Virus record (IMG/VR): IMGVR_UViG_3300017917_003742 | Coordinates: 11,160-75,159 of that record | From: a virus | DNA: 64,000 nt | Reading direction: 5' to 3' (one strand) | In this document: in pieces, positions 28,084-37,282 of the stretch | Numbering within the stretch: the first letter of the stretch is position 1 | Layout: each line of letters begins with the position of its first letter | Position numbers and translations under genes: made by a program | Notes under the pieces: generated by a model | Told to the model about the DNA's origin: nothing | The model's input: the letters and a program-made list of their open reading frames with translations, nothing else | The model's database searches: none

Positions 28084-29082
28084 ATGAGTCAAAAAACAGC
28101 TTTAGTGTTAGGTGCTGGTGGATTTATCGGAAACCACCTTGTTAATCGTTTAAAATCCGAAGGTTATTGGGTTCGTGGTGTTGATTTAAAATATCCTGAA
28201 TATCAGTTTAGCAATTCAGATGATTTCATCATTGGTGATTTAAGAGATGTGTTTGTTGTAACAAAAGCTTTCTTTATACCAAAACAGACGGCTCCAAATG
28301 GCACAGGAATCTTTGATGAAGTGTATCAACTTGCTGCTGATATGGGTGGTGCTGGGTATATCTTTACTGGTGAGAATGATGCAAATGTAATGCACAACTC
28401 TGCTACTATTAATCTTAATGTTGCTGATGCAGCAGTTAAGTTTAATGCAGGCAAAGTGTTCTACTCGTCTTCTGCTTGTATGTATCCTGCATATAATCAA
28501 GAAGACCCTGAAAATCCAAACTGTGTTGAAAGTAGCGCATATCCTGCTGCACCAGATAGTGAGTATGGTTGGGAGAAACTTTTCAGCGAAAGACTCTATC
28601 TTGCATACAACCGAAACTATGGTCTTGATGTTCGTATTGCACGATTCCACAACATTTTTGGCCCACTAGGAACATGGCAAGGTGGTAAAGAAAAAGCTCC
28701 TGCTGCTATCTGTCGTAAAGTAATTTCCTCAACAGATGAAATTGAAATTTGGGGCGATGGCGAACAAACACGTTCGTTCCTTTATATTGATGAATGTATT
28801 GAAGGTATTCGTCGTTTAATGAATGGTGATTTCCTTGGTCCTGTAAATCTTGGCAGTGAGGAAAGAGTTACAATCAATCAGCTTGTTGACATTGCTTGCT
28901 CTATTGAAGGTAAGAATCTCAAGAAAAAACACATCACTGGCCCAACAGGCGTTCGTGGAAGAAATTCTGATAACCGATTGATACAAGAAAAATTAGGTTG
29001 GGAGCCAAACTATCCTCTCGCAAAAGGTTTAGAAACAACTTATCAGTGGATTAAATCACAAATGGAAACTAAATATATTTGA
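28084..29082 (+). CDS. NAD-dependent epimerase, GDP-mannose 3,5-epimerase-like
   Basis: GAGGFIG, LAADMGGAGYI, SSSACMYP, YGWEK, RFHNIFGP.GTW.GGKEKAPAAICRK, GVRGRNSDN. Confidence 0.9.
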   Translation: MSQKTALVLGAGGFIGNHLVNRLKSEGYWVRGVDLKYPEYQFSNSDDFIIGDLRDVFVVTKAFFIPKQTAPNGTGIFDEVYQLAADMGGAGYIFTGENDANVMHNSATINLNVADAAVKFNAGKVFYSSSACMYPAYNQEDPENPNCVESSAYPAAPDSEYGWEKLFSERLYLAYNRNYGLDVRIARFHNIFGPLGTWQGGKEKAPAAICRKVISSTDEIEIWGDGEQTRSFLYIDECIEGIRRLMNGDFLGPVNLGSEERVTINQLVDIACSIEGKNLKKKHITGPTGVRGRNSDNRLIQEKLGWEPNYPLAKGLETTYQWIKSQMETKYI

Positions 29083-29083
29083 T

Positions 29084-29287
29084 ATGATGACTACAAAATC
29101 CGCATTTGGTATTACCCGTCCCGGCGATCATTTCTCCCATACACAAGGACAACCTTTGACTCCTCCCGCTCCCGCACAAAATATTGAAGCGGAAAAATTC
29201 AAGATTCTTTCCGAAGCAATTCAGAAGTTTATGAATAAAGAAATCTCTAAATCCGAACTCGAAGCCATACAAAACTCGTTGAAGTAA
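29084..29287 (+). CDS. Small hypothetical protein
   Basis: 67-aa ORF directly after the epimerase. Confidence 0.5.
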   Translation: MMTTKSAFGITRPGDHFSHTQGQPLTPPAPAQNIEAEKFKILSEAIQKFMNKEISKSELEAIQNSLK

Positions 29288-29307
29288 AGGAGTTCTTGGT
29301 GTAAATT
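29279..29307 (+). promoter_or_regulatory. Promoter TTGAAG-N17-TAAATT, 5 nt before the GTG of gp46
   Basis: Read directly. Confidence 0.65.
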
Positions 29308-29312
29308 ACACT

Positions 29313-31055
29313 GTGAGTTCTAAAAACATCGAGTTTCAAAAAATAAAAGTTCGTAATTTCCTGTCATACGGTGACGACCCTATTGAAGTTGAATTCAAAA
29401 ACGGCATTACATTTGTAACAGGATACAACAAGGACGAAGATTCCTACAACGGCGTTGGTAAAACATCGCTTATTGTTGAGTCTTTGTCCTTTTTGCTTTT
29501 TGGTGAAACATACAGAGATATTAATCAGAAGCTCATTAAGAATAAATTTGGTGGAAAAACTTGTATTGTTGAAGGCTGGTTAAAAGTTAATGATGATGAA
29601 CTATACATTGTTCGCAGTCTTTCACCTAACAAACTTATATTAACAATCAATGGTGATTCAGACAGTTACACAAAGTCTGTTCCTGAAACTACCAAATATA
29701 TTATGGACCGTATCGGTGTGTCAAAAACAGTGTTTACAAACACAATTGTTATGACTAACCGGGAGAGTATGTCTTTCTTAAATCAGAAGAAAGAGGTCAA
29801 AACAAAGTTTATTGAAGGTATTCTTGGACTTGAAGCATTTGGTGAATTTCTTCGTTTAGCAAAAGAAGAAGCCAAATCTGTTGATGACAATCGTGCAAAA
29901 AAGTTTCAAGAAGTTAATCTTGTTGAACGTGATTTAAACAACGACCAGAGTTATTACGCTCAACATGAAGAGAAAAAGGTTCGGGATGAGCAGATTATAA
30001 ATCAAAAAATAGTTTTACTCAAAGCCGTTCAGCCTGTTGATAACTCCCAAAAAATACAAAATCTTCAAGAGGAGAAAAAAGCTCTTGAGGCATCTCTACC
30101 TGAAAAAGAGGAAAAGGTTGGAAGAGGAAATAAAAAGAAAATGGAACTTGAGGCAGACAAAAATCAGAAAGAGAAAAATCTTCGTGGATTGTCTGGCAAG
30201 CTCACTGAATGTCCTTCTTGTAAAAGACCCTTTCTCGATCACAATCCAGAAGAACTTGAAAAGGAAAAACAAACTATAAGAGACTCTATAAATGAACTAA
30301 ATGTTCAGATTGAAAAGTTCAGCAAAGCTATTAACAAAGTAAACACCGACATTTTTGGAACAAAAACCAAGATTCGTGAATTATCCTCTTCTATTGATAA
30401 TCTTCAAAATGAACAACAAAAATTTCTTAAGAGCGAGATGGAAATAAACAATCTTCTTGAACAATTAGAAAATGTTCGAAACGGAGAGAATCCGTTTGGG
30501 CCAAAAATTGAACGAGCAAAAGAGCGTTTAAAAACTTGCCAAGAACAGTTGGATTCTCTTATTCAAGAATCTAAGATTGCCAACATTGTTAAAGAAGGTG
30601 CATCACCAACAGGTGTAAAAGCTCTTGTTATCAAGAAAGTTATTAGTGCATTAAACAACAGAATCAATCATTATTTGGTTCGTCTTCACTCTCCTTTCCG
30701 AATTTATTTTGATGAATTTTTTGAAGAGAATTTTAAAAGTGTGGACGGTGAAGAATATTGCTACGGCAGTTTGAGTGGTGGAGAAGCAAAGCGTGTTGAT
30801 TTTGCAATGCTTTTCGCTTTCCGTGATATTCGTAGAATGCAGAGTAATGTTCATATCAATCTTACCGTAATGGATGAATTATTTGATAGTGCATTAGATA
30901 GCACTGGAATGAACGACATTATGGAAATCTTAAAAGAAAACAAGGACGAATGTTTTATGGTTGTAACACACCGAAAAGAAAATGTGGATGATTATGGATG
31001 TAGGATAATTGACTTGCTCAAAGAAAATCATATAACACGCTTGAATAACATGTAA
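29313..31055 (+). CDS. gp46: Recombination ATPase subunit (Rad50/SbcC-like)
   Basis: NFLSYG, NGVGKTS, coiled coil with CPSC hook, LSGGE..R, MDELFD.ALD, VTH. Confidence 0.93.
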   Translation: MSSKNIEFQKIKVRNFLSYGDDPIEVEFKNGITFVTGYNKDEDSYNGVGKTSLIVESLSFLLFGETYRDINQKLIKNKFGGKTCIVEGWLKVNDDELYIVRSLSPNKLILTINGDSDSYTKSVPETTKYIMDRIGVSKTVFTNTIVMTNRESMSFLNQKKEVKTKFIEGILGLEAFGEFLRLAKEEAKSVDDNRAKKFQEVNLVERDLNNDQSYYAQHEEKKVRDEQIINQKIVLLKAVQPVDNSQKIQNLQEEKKALEASLPEKEEKVGRGNKKKMELEADKNQKEKNLRGLSGKLTECPSCKRPFLDHNPEELEKEKQTIRDSINELNVQIEKFSKAINKVNTDIFGTKTKIRELSSSIDNLQNEQQKFLKSEMEINNLLEQLENVRNGENPFGPKIERAKERLKTCQEQLDSLIQESKIANIVKEGASPTGVKALVIKKVISALNNRINHYLVRLHSPFRIYFDEFFEENFKSVDGEEYCYGSLSGGEAKRVDFAMLFAFRDIRRMQSNVHINLTVMDELFDSALDSTGMNDIMEILKENKDECFMVVTHRKENVDDYGCRIIDLLKENHITRLNNM

Positions 31056-31075
31056 GGCATTTTTAAATATTTGAA

Positions 31076-32428
31076 ATGCCTACAATCGTTTCAAATAATG
31101 AAATTAAAAAAGTTCCTAATGTTAAGCCATTAAACGTTGGTCCCTTAAACAAGATTCAATTCTCCAACATCGTTTTTCCTTTCGGAAAACAGTTTGGTCC
31201 AAAAATCTTTGGTGAATTAGGACAAAAATTAGCGGGATACTCTCCTAACAGAAATGGAATAAAACTTCCTGTGCCGGGAGAAGGATTACCAAGAGTTATT
31301 CATTATTGTGCTGACCAAAGCGGTTGTGCTTTTTGGCGAATGATTTGGCCCGGTGATGAGCTTCTTTCCAATAATAAAGCTGTAATCATGACTCTTTATC
31401 AGATGGTTACACTTGGACAATTCTATGGTGGCATTGATGCAGTTCGCCTACAAAGACAATGCACTGAGCCTCAACTGGAATTTATCAAGTTCTTGCGAAA
31501 TGTTTCCGATCAAATGAAAGAGCAAACAGGAAAAGGCTTCCGCATAATTTGGGAAGTTGATGACCTTGTTCTTCCATCTTCTGAAATTCCTGATTACAAT
31601 GTTTGTAAATCAGCGTTTGAAGGTGATACAGTTTATAAGAACGTAAAAGAAATGATGAAGTATGTTGACGAAGTGACTGTTGTTTCTGAACATATGCGTC
31701 AACACTACAAGAAACATCTTGAATATGATAAGATTACTGTTATTCCAAACTATGCTCCGAAGAGTTGGATTGATCGCGGATTTGATGAGAAAAAGATTCT
31801 ACAAAAATATCGCAGAAAGGGCAATCCAAGAATTCTTTATGCAGGCAGCGGAACACATTTTGATGTAACAAACAAGGTTGGACAAAAGGACGATTTTGGT
31901 CATGTGGTTGATGCCATCATCAAAGATATAACTGTTAACAAAAAATACGAATGGGTTTTCTTTGGAGCACTACCTCTTCGACTAAAAGAATTTATCGGAA
32001 AAGGAATTGAGTTTCATCCTTGGTGTTCAATTCTTGAATATCCTGAAAAGCTTCGTGAGTTTAATGTAGATGTGTCTATTGCGCCTCTACAAAATAATGC
32101 GTTCTCTCGCTCAAAGGCAAACATCAAGTTGACCGAAGCTGGTATGCAGGGCATTCCTTGTGTGGCTCAAAATATTGATTGCTATAACTCTGATGGTTGG
32201 AAATATCTTTTTGATAATGCGGAAGAAATGTTCAAAAAGGTTGACCAAATTCTTAACACTGAAAAATCATACATGGATGCATGTAAGTTTGCCAGAGAGT
32301 ATAGCGAGAAGTTTCTCTTGCAAGATCACTTAGATGAGTATACATTGCTGTATACGACTGATTACGGGGACATTAAGAGAAAAGAAAACTCTTCTTTCTT
32401 AAAAAACAATCCTGAACAGTTCGTCTAA
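31076..32428 (+). CDS. GT-B fold glycosyltransferase
   Basis: D.SGC.FWR, EVDD, TVVS, IPN, YAGS.TH, IAPL..N.F...K.NIK..E. Confidence 0.8.
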   Translation: MPTIVSNNEIKKVPNVKPLNVGPLNKIQFSNIVFPFGKQFGPKIFGELGQKLAGYSPNRNGIKLPVPGEGLPRVIHYCADQSGCAFWRMIWPGDELLSNNKAVIMTLYQMVTLGQFYGGIDAVRLQRQCTEPQLEFIKFLRNVSDQMKEQTGKGFRIIWEVDDLVLPSSEIPDYNVCKSAFEGDTVYKNVKEMMKYVDEVTVVSEHMRQHYKKHLEYDKITVIPNYAPKSWIDRGFDEKKILQKYRRKGNPRILYAGSGTHFDVTNKVGQKDDFGHVVDAIIKDITVNKKYEWVFFGALPLRLKEFIGKGIEFHPWCSILEYPEKLREFNVDVSIAPLQNNAFSRSKANIKLTEAGMQGIPCVAQNIDCYNSDGWKYLFDNAEEMFKKVDQILNTEKSYMDACKFAREYSEKFLLQDHLDEYTLLYTTDYGDIKRKENSSFLKNNPEQFV

Positions 32429-32433
32429 GAACT

Positions 32434-35016
32434 ATGCTCAGAAACATCTACTACGACAAGAAGAAATCAGTTATTCATCACTGGCTTTATGACGAACAAG
32501 GCGAACCTGTTTACAACAAGGTTTACTTCAAGCCATACATTTACGTCAAAGCTGTTGACAAGAAAAAGATTGATGGAGTTGGTATTGACGGCGAAGAATT
32601 AACAAAAATGGAATTCTCGTCTGAATGGGATCGAGACAATTTCTTGAAAACTTTCAAGGGTCAAGTTTATTTCAATCTTTCTGCAACACAGCAATATCTT
32701 CTTGAGAAATACTACACCAAAGATATTCAAGAGTTGACCAGCTTTCCGTTGCGCACATTCTACTACGACATTGAGGTTGTGGCTGACGAATTCCCTGACC
32801 CAAAAGAGGCAAAGTTTCCAATGACCTCGATTACAGTTTATGATAATTTCACCAAGAAATATTATATTTGGGGTGTCAAGCCATACGATCATTACTCTTG
32901 TAAAGATCATTTACAAAACATTGAACCAGAGGACATTTGCTATGATTACTGTCCAACTGAAAAAGAACTGCTTTCAAAGTTTGTAAAGTTCTGGCGTAAA
33001 AACTATCCAGACCTTATTGTAGGTTACAACTCATACACTTTCGACTTGCCTTACATTGTTCACCGAATTGAAAAGATTTTTGGTGAAGGTAAATCATCAA
33101 TGCTTTCTCCCATCAACAACATTTATGGTCATGAGAAAGAAAACAAGTTTGCTCAGAGTTATACAGAATACACCATCGCAGGCGTTTCACATTTGGACTA
33201 TCTCGTTCTTTATAAAACATTCACTCCCGGTGAACGTGAGAGTGATTCATTAGACTTTGTTTGTAAAAATGAACTAGGCAGTGGCAAGCTTGATTATGGC
33301 GATACTTCTCTTAAAGACTTGAGCGTTGTGGATTGGAATCGTTTCATCAACTACAACGTATGGGACGTTAAACTCATGGTAATGCTTGAGGAAAAGAAAA
33401 AGTATCTGAATGTTGCAATGTTCTCTGCATTTAGTGGTTTTTGTAACGTGGATAAAGCACTAGGCAAGGTTGCTATTATTGAAGGTATTATTGCGAAGCA
33501 GGGTTTGATGAAAAATCAAATTATCACAACTCAAGACAACGGAGAACATCAAAAGATTCCCGGTGGATATGTTAAAAACCCTGAAATTGGAATGTATGAA
33601 AACGTGATGGTCATGGACTTGAACTCCTTGTATCCAAACACAATTATCACACTAAACATTTCTCCTGAAACCAAAATTGCTCGAATCGAAAACGAGGATG
33701 ACCAAAACATTTCACTTTATTTCTTCAAGCAAAAGAGAAGAATGGACATTCCAAAAGAGAGATTCAAAGAAGTTCTTGTTAAAAAGAATTGGTGTGTGAG
33801 CGCAGCAGGAATAGTTTTCGATCAGAATAAAAAAGGTCTTTGTGCAGAGTTCGCAGACAACTTATATAAAAAGAGAAAGGCTGTAAAAAATCAAATGTTA
33901 TCAATCGAAAGCAAGTTGGCAAACATGGACAAAGCAGATTTGTTTGATTACACTGCTCAAAAGAGACTTGCTGACCAATTGGACACAGAACAGTATCTTT
34001 ACAAGATTCTTCTAAACTCAACATATGGCGTTCTTGCTAACCGTTTCTTTGCACTCTATGATTTGGACTGTGCCAAGAGTATTACACTCACAGGACAGGC
34101 TCTTATTCAGCAGAGCGAGAAGATTGCAAATGAATACATGGAAAAGGAGTGGAATCTCTCGAAAAAAGACCGAGTTGTTGCAGAAGACACTGACTCTGCA
34201 ATTCTTTCGATTGATGACATTCTTAAAAAATTGAATGTAACAATCGTAGATGACAACGGAGATTTGACACCAGAGTTTAAAGAGATTGAAGAGAAAATAT
34301 CCGAAAACTTGAACAAAGGCGTTGTAGAATGGGCCAAGGACAAGTTCAATACAGTTGACTGTCGCTTTGAGTTCAAGCGTGAAAGCGCATGTCCTAAAGC
34401 AATTTGGGTGGCAAAGAAACACTACGTCATGCACATCCGAAACTCGGAAGGTGTGAAAATGGACAAACTAAAATACAAAGGTTTGAGTGTTGTGAAATCA
34501 ACATATTCAGACAAGACCAAAGATATTACAAAGAGTATTGTAAAAGGTATTTTTGATGCGGTTGACAAGAAAAAAGCAGACGAGACTTTCTTCAATTCTT
34601 ATGAGAAATTTTTCGATCTTCCAGTAAAGGATATTTCGGTTCGTTCATCAATTAAAGTGTTGAAAGATTATGATAAGGGTGGCGGGTTTAATACTGTTAA
34701 AGGTTGTCCTGCTCACGTTAAATATTCATTATATTACAACGAATTGGTGAAAAGGCTAAACTTGACTAATAAATATCCATTGATTACAGAAGGTTCCAAG
34801 ATCAAACTTGTAGCAGTAGCCCCTAATAAATATGGTATTGATGGAATAGCATATCTTGATGGGTTGCCCGAAGAATTTGAATTGGTTCCTGATAGAGTTA
34901 AGATGTTTGAGAAGTGTGTAGTTAAATGCCTTACACCAATCTTTGATGCATTAAAATGGAATGTTCCAGACCCTAAAAAACAACATGAAGTCTCGTTGGA
35001 AGACCTTTTTGGATAA
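32434..35016 (+). CDS. gp43: Family B DNA polymerase
   Basis: Exo YDIE, GYN...FD.PY, YN..DV; pol DLNSLYP, KILLNSTYG, DTDS, KKHY. Confidence 0.96.
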   Translation: MLRNIYYDKKKSVIHHWLYDEQGEPVYNKVYFKPYIYVKAVDKKKIDGVGIDGEELTKMEFSSEWDRDNFLKTFKGQVYFNLSATQQYLLEKYYTKDIQELTSFPLRTFYYDIEVVADEFPDPKEAKFPMTSITVYDNFTKKYYIWGVKPYDHYSCKDHLQNIEPEDICYDYCPTEKELLSKFVKFWRKNYPDLIVGYNSYTFDLPYIVHRIEKIFGEGKSSMLSPINNIYGHEKENKFAQSYTEYTIAGVSHLDYLVLYKTFTPGERESDSLDFVCKNELGSGKLDYGDTSLKDLSVVDWNRFINYNVWDVKLMVMLEEKKKYLNVAMFSAFSGFCNVDKALGKVAIIEGIIAKQGLMKNQIITTQDNGEHQKIPGGYVKNPEIGMYENVMVMDLNSLYPNTIITLNISPETKIARIENEDDQNISLYFFKQKRRMDIPKERFKEVLVKKNWCVSAAGIVFDQNKKGLCAEFADNLYKKRKAVKNQMLSIESKLANMDKADLFDYTAQKRLADQLDTEQYLYKILLNSTYGVLANRFFALYDLDCAKSITLTGQALIQQSEKIANEYMEKEWNLSKKDRVVAEDTDSAILSIDDILKKLNVTIVDDNGDLTPEFKEIEEKISENLNKGVVEWAKDKFNTVDCRFEFKRESACPKAIWVAKKHYVMHIRNSEGVKMDKLKYKGLSVVKSTYSDKTKDITKSIVKGIFDAVDKKKADETFFNSYEKFFDLPVKDISVRSSIKVLKDYDKGGGFNTVKGCPAHVKYSLYYNELVKRLNLTNKYPLITEGSKIKLVAVAPNKYGIDGIAYLDGLPEEFELVPDRVKMFEKCVVKCLTPIFDALKWNVPDPKKQHEVSLEDLFG

Positions 35017-35266
35017 AACAAAAAGGTTTTACCATATCATATTTGACGAGAGAGACATTGAAGAAATACGAAAAGATTACTTTGAGGAACGTTGGATTTC
35101 AAAAGAAGAATTAATTCGTTTATTTGAATACGAAGAACAACAATTTATAGAACACTACAAGAATCTTCAAAAAGATTACAATGATATGCTTTCGTATTTT
35201 AATATGAATGCATTGTCGAATTATACACTTTTAGAAAGAAAATACCAAGGAAGTTTAAAAAAATAA
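34985..35266 (+). CDS. Hypothetical protein
   Basis: ORF overlapping the gp43 end; start uncertain (34961 or 34985). Confidence 0.5.
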   Translation: MKSRWKTFLDKTKRFYHIIFDERDIEEIRKDYFEERWISKEELIRLFEYEEQQFIEHYKNLQKDYNDMLSYFNMNALSNYTLLERKYQGSLKK

Positions 35267-35311
35267 CTCTTTTCTCTTGAAAACACACGTTTCTCTGTGT
35301 TAATACTTTAT

Positions 35312-35680
35312 ATGGAAGAAAAAGTAATAGGAATTCTTAAAAACGTCAGCGAGCTTATCGTTGCAACTCTTGTCGAAGAAACAGACACCGCCGTAAAGGT
35401 TAAAAATCCTGCATTCTTAGGAATCGCTGGTCAAAATAATCAAATCAATATCAATTTCATTCCCTTGGAAATGCTCAGTCTTCAACCCTCTGTGAATGTT
35501 AGAAACCTTCTTGCAAATCCAGCCGAAGAATTGATTTATACATTTGATAAGAACAGTGTTCTCAAATCCGACTTGGTTCTTGCACAAAACGTCATTGACA
35601 ACTACAAGAATCTAACAACAGCAAAACCTGCTCCAACAACTGCAAAAACCGCAGAAGAAAACGTCGTAAAACTTTACTAA
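35312..35680 (+). CDS. Hypothetical protein (possible Sm-like beta fold)
   Basis: ATG at 35312 follows a TTGAAA-N17 promoter-like element; beta-rich ELIVATLVEE..VKVKNPA. Confidence 0.65.
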   Translation: MEEKVIGILKNVSELIVATLVEETDTAVKVKNPAFLGIAGQNNQININFIPLEMLSLQPSVNVRNLLANPAEELIYTFDKNSVLKSDLVLAQNVIDNYKNLTTAKPAPTTAKTAEENVVKLY

Positions 35681-35684
35681 TTAT

Positions 35685-35927
35685 ATGAAACCAGAAGAAC
35701 AAAATCAAAAAAATTCAGAGCTAAATACGCTCATGACAATCTTAAATAGTTATAATCAACTACCTGTTGATTTTTGCCTAAAAGAATTTTTAGGTTGGGA
35801 TGACACAAAAATTAAAACCTTTAACAAAGAACGTAAAAAGACAAAAAGAAATATTCTAAAAGAATATAACAAAATGTCTAAAGCTATTTCATCCGATTCT
35901 TGTTGCGGAACCTCCTGTCAAGGATAA
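35685..35927 (+). CDS. Small protein, weak resemblance to the portal (gp20) C-terminal crown helix
   Basis: LPVDFCLKEFLGWDDTKI vs T4 gp20 ISHRTAMKDILQMTDEEI (recalled, by eye). Confidence 0.4.
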   Translation: MKPEEQNQKNSELNTLMTILNSYNQLPVDFCLKEFLGWDDTKIKTFNKERKKTKRNILKEYNKMSKAISSDSCCGTSCQG

Positions 35928-35935
35928 ACAATTTT

Positions 35936-36169
35936 ATGGAAACACAAAACGAACTAGAAGCATTAACAGATAATGAGAAAGAAAGTGTGAACATTTTCAG
36001 ATCATATCTTGAAAATGTTGCCAAATTCAGAGGCAAAGGAACTGCTTCTGCTGCGGCAAGAGCAAGAAAAGACGCATCAGCTTTGACCAAACTTCTTAAG
36101 ACCATTCGTAAAGAATTACAAGAAGCCAAGGCACAAGCAGTGGCAGCTAAGAAAGCTCAAAAAGCATAA
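35936..36169 (+). CDS. Histone H1/Hc1-like small DNA-binding protein
   Basis: KF..KG..SAAARARK....L.KL.K.IRKE.Q motif. Confidence 0.7.
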   Translation: METQNELEALTDNEKESVNIFRSYLENVAKFRGKGTASAAARARKDASALTKLLKTIRKELQEAKAQAVAAKKAQKA

Positions 36170-36188
36170 AGAAAAAACCGAGTGTATT

Positions 36189-36226
36189 AAAAAACAGAGA
36201 AGGAATTCCTTCTCTGTTTTTTTTTT
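36189..36226 (+). terminator. Rho-independent terminator
   Basis: AAAACAGAGAAGG-AATT-CCTTCTCTGTTTT followed by a T run. Confidence 0.88.
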
Positions 36227-36263
36227 CTTGAAATCGCTTGACCCATATTGTATATTGTATTGT

Positions 36264-37271
36264 ATGTCAGAACTACTTAAAAAACTCAGAAAAAATACAA
36301 TATTAAAACCAGAAACATTAAAGAATAGCAAATACTTCTCAGACGAAAAGTTTATCGGAACAAATGTTCCGCTTTTGAATTTAGCCCTTTCAGGAAAATT
36401 AAACGGTGGATTACCAAAGGGTATTGTGCAAATTGCTGCACCACCAAAACATTTCAAAACCAACTTCATGATTGAAATCATCAAAGGTTTCCAAAAAGAA
36501 AATGAAGGTCATGATTATGTTGTAGTGCTTTATGATAGTGAATTAGGTTCCACTCCAAGTTACTTTGAAAAAGCAGGCGTTAACACTGAACGCATTGACC
36601 ATAGACCAATTCGCTCTGTTGAAGAATTAAAGGCTGATGTTGCGAATCTTATGGAAGATATTAGCGAAGGTGATCGTGTATTAATTTGTGTTGACTCTAT
36701 TGGTATGCTTCGTTCTCTTAAAGAAACAGAAGATGCAAAGGACAACAAACAAGTTGCTGATATGACAAGAGCAAAACAACTCAAGTCATTTTTCCGTATC
36801 ATTACGGGTGAAGCTGCAATCAAGCAGATTCCAATGATTATTGTAAACCACTCTTATCAAACACAAGAAATGTATGCTAAAGAAGTTGCTGCTGGTGGTC
36901 GTGGCGCACAATATGCTGCACACACTCTTCTCTTCATTACCAAAGCACAAGAGAAGGAAAAAATTGAAGGAAAAGATGCACTTGCAGGTTTCCAATTCAC
37001 CCTTGTCGCAGGTCTTAGCCGCTACGTGCGCGAGAACGCAAAGTTTCCTGTTTCTGTAAGATTCGGTGAAGGTGTTGATCGTTACAGCGGTCTTTTTGAT
37101 CTTGCAGTTGAACTTGGCTTTATTGACAATCCTAAGCAAGGTTGGTATATGCTCAAAGGAGAAGAGAGGCAACGTCGTAGAGCAGACATCGAAGAAGATG
37201 AAGATGTTATGGAAAGCTTTATCAGCAACAAAGAATTTTGTGAAGCTGTAGAGAAAAAGTATAGTCTCTAA
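36264..37271 (+). CDS. uvsX: UvsX/RecA-like recombinase
   Basis: LNLALSG...GG, APPKHFKT, YDSE.G, DSIG.L, ADMTRAKQLKS.FR, VNH.Y. Confidence 0.93.
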   Translation: MSELLKKLRKNTILKPETLKNSKYFSDEKFIGTNVPLLNLALSGKLNGGLPKGIVQIAAPPKHFKTNFMIEIIKGFQKENEGHDYVVVLYDSELGSTPSYFEKAGVNTERIDHRPIRSVEELKADVANLMEDISEGDRVLICVDSIGMLRSLKETEDAKDNKQVADMTRAKQLKSFFRIITGEAAIKQIPMIIVNHSYQTQEMYAKEVAAGGRGAQYAAHTLLFITKAQEKEKIEGKDALAGFQFTLVAGLSRYVRENAKFPVSVRFGEGVDRYSGLFDLAVELGFIDNPKQGWYMLKGEERQRRRADIEEDEDVMESFISNKEFCEAVEKKYSL

Positions 37272-37282
37272 TAAATAAAAAC

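Noticed and set aside
18873-29082. Host chromosomal LPS/capsule locus or assembly chimera
   Set aside because: Flanked by phage gp47 and gp46, uses the same promoter geometry as the phage genes, and lacks membrane export genes.
32434-35016. Intein or split in the DNA polymerase
   Set aside because: The length (860 aa) and motif spacing are normal; no Hint motifs.
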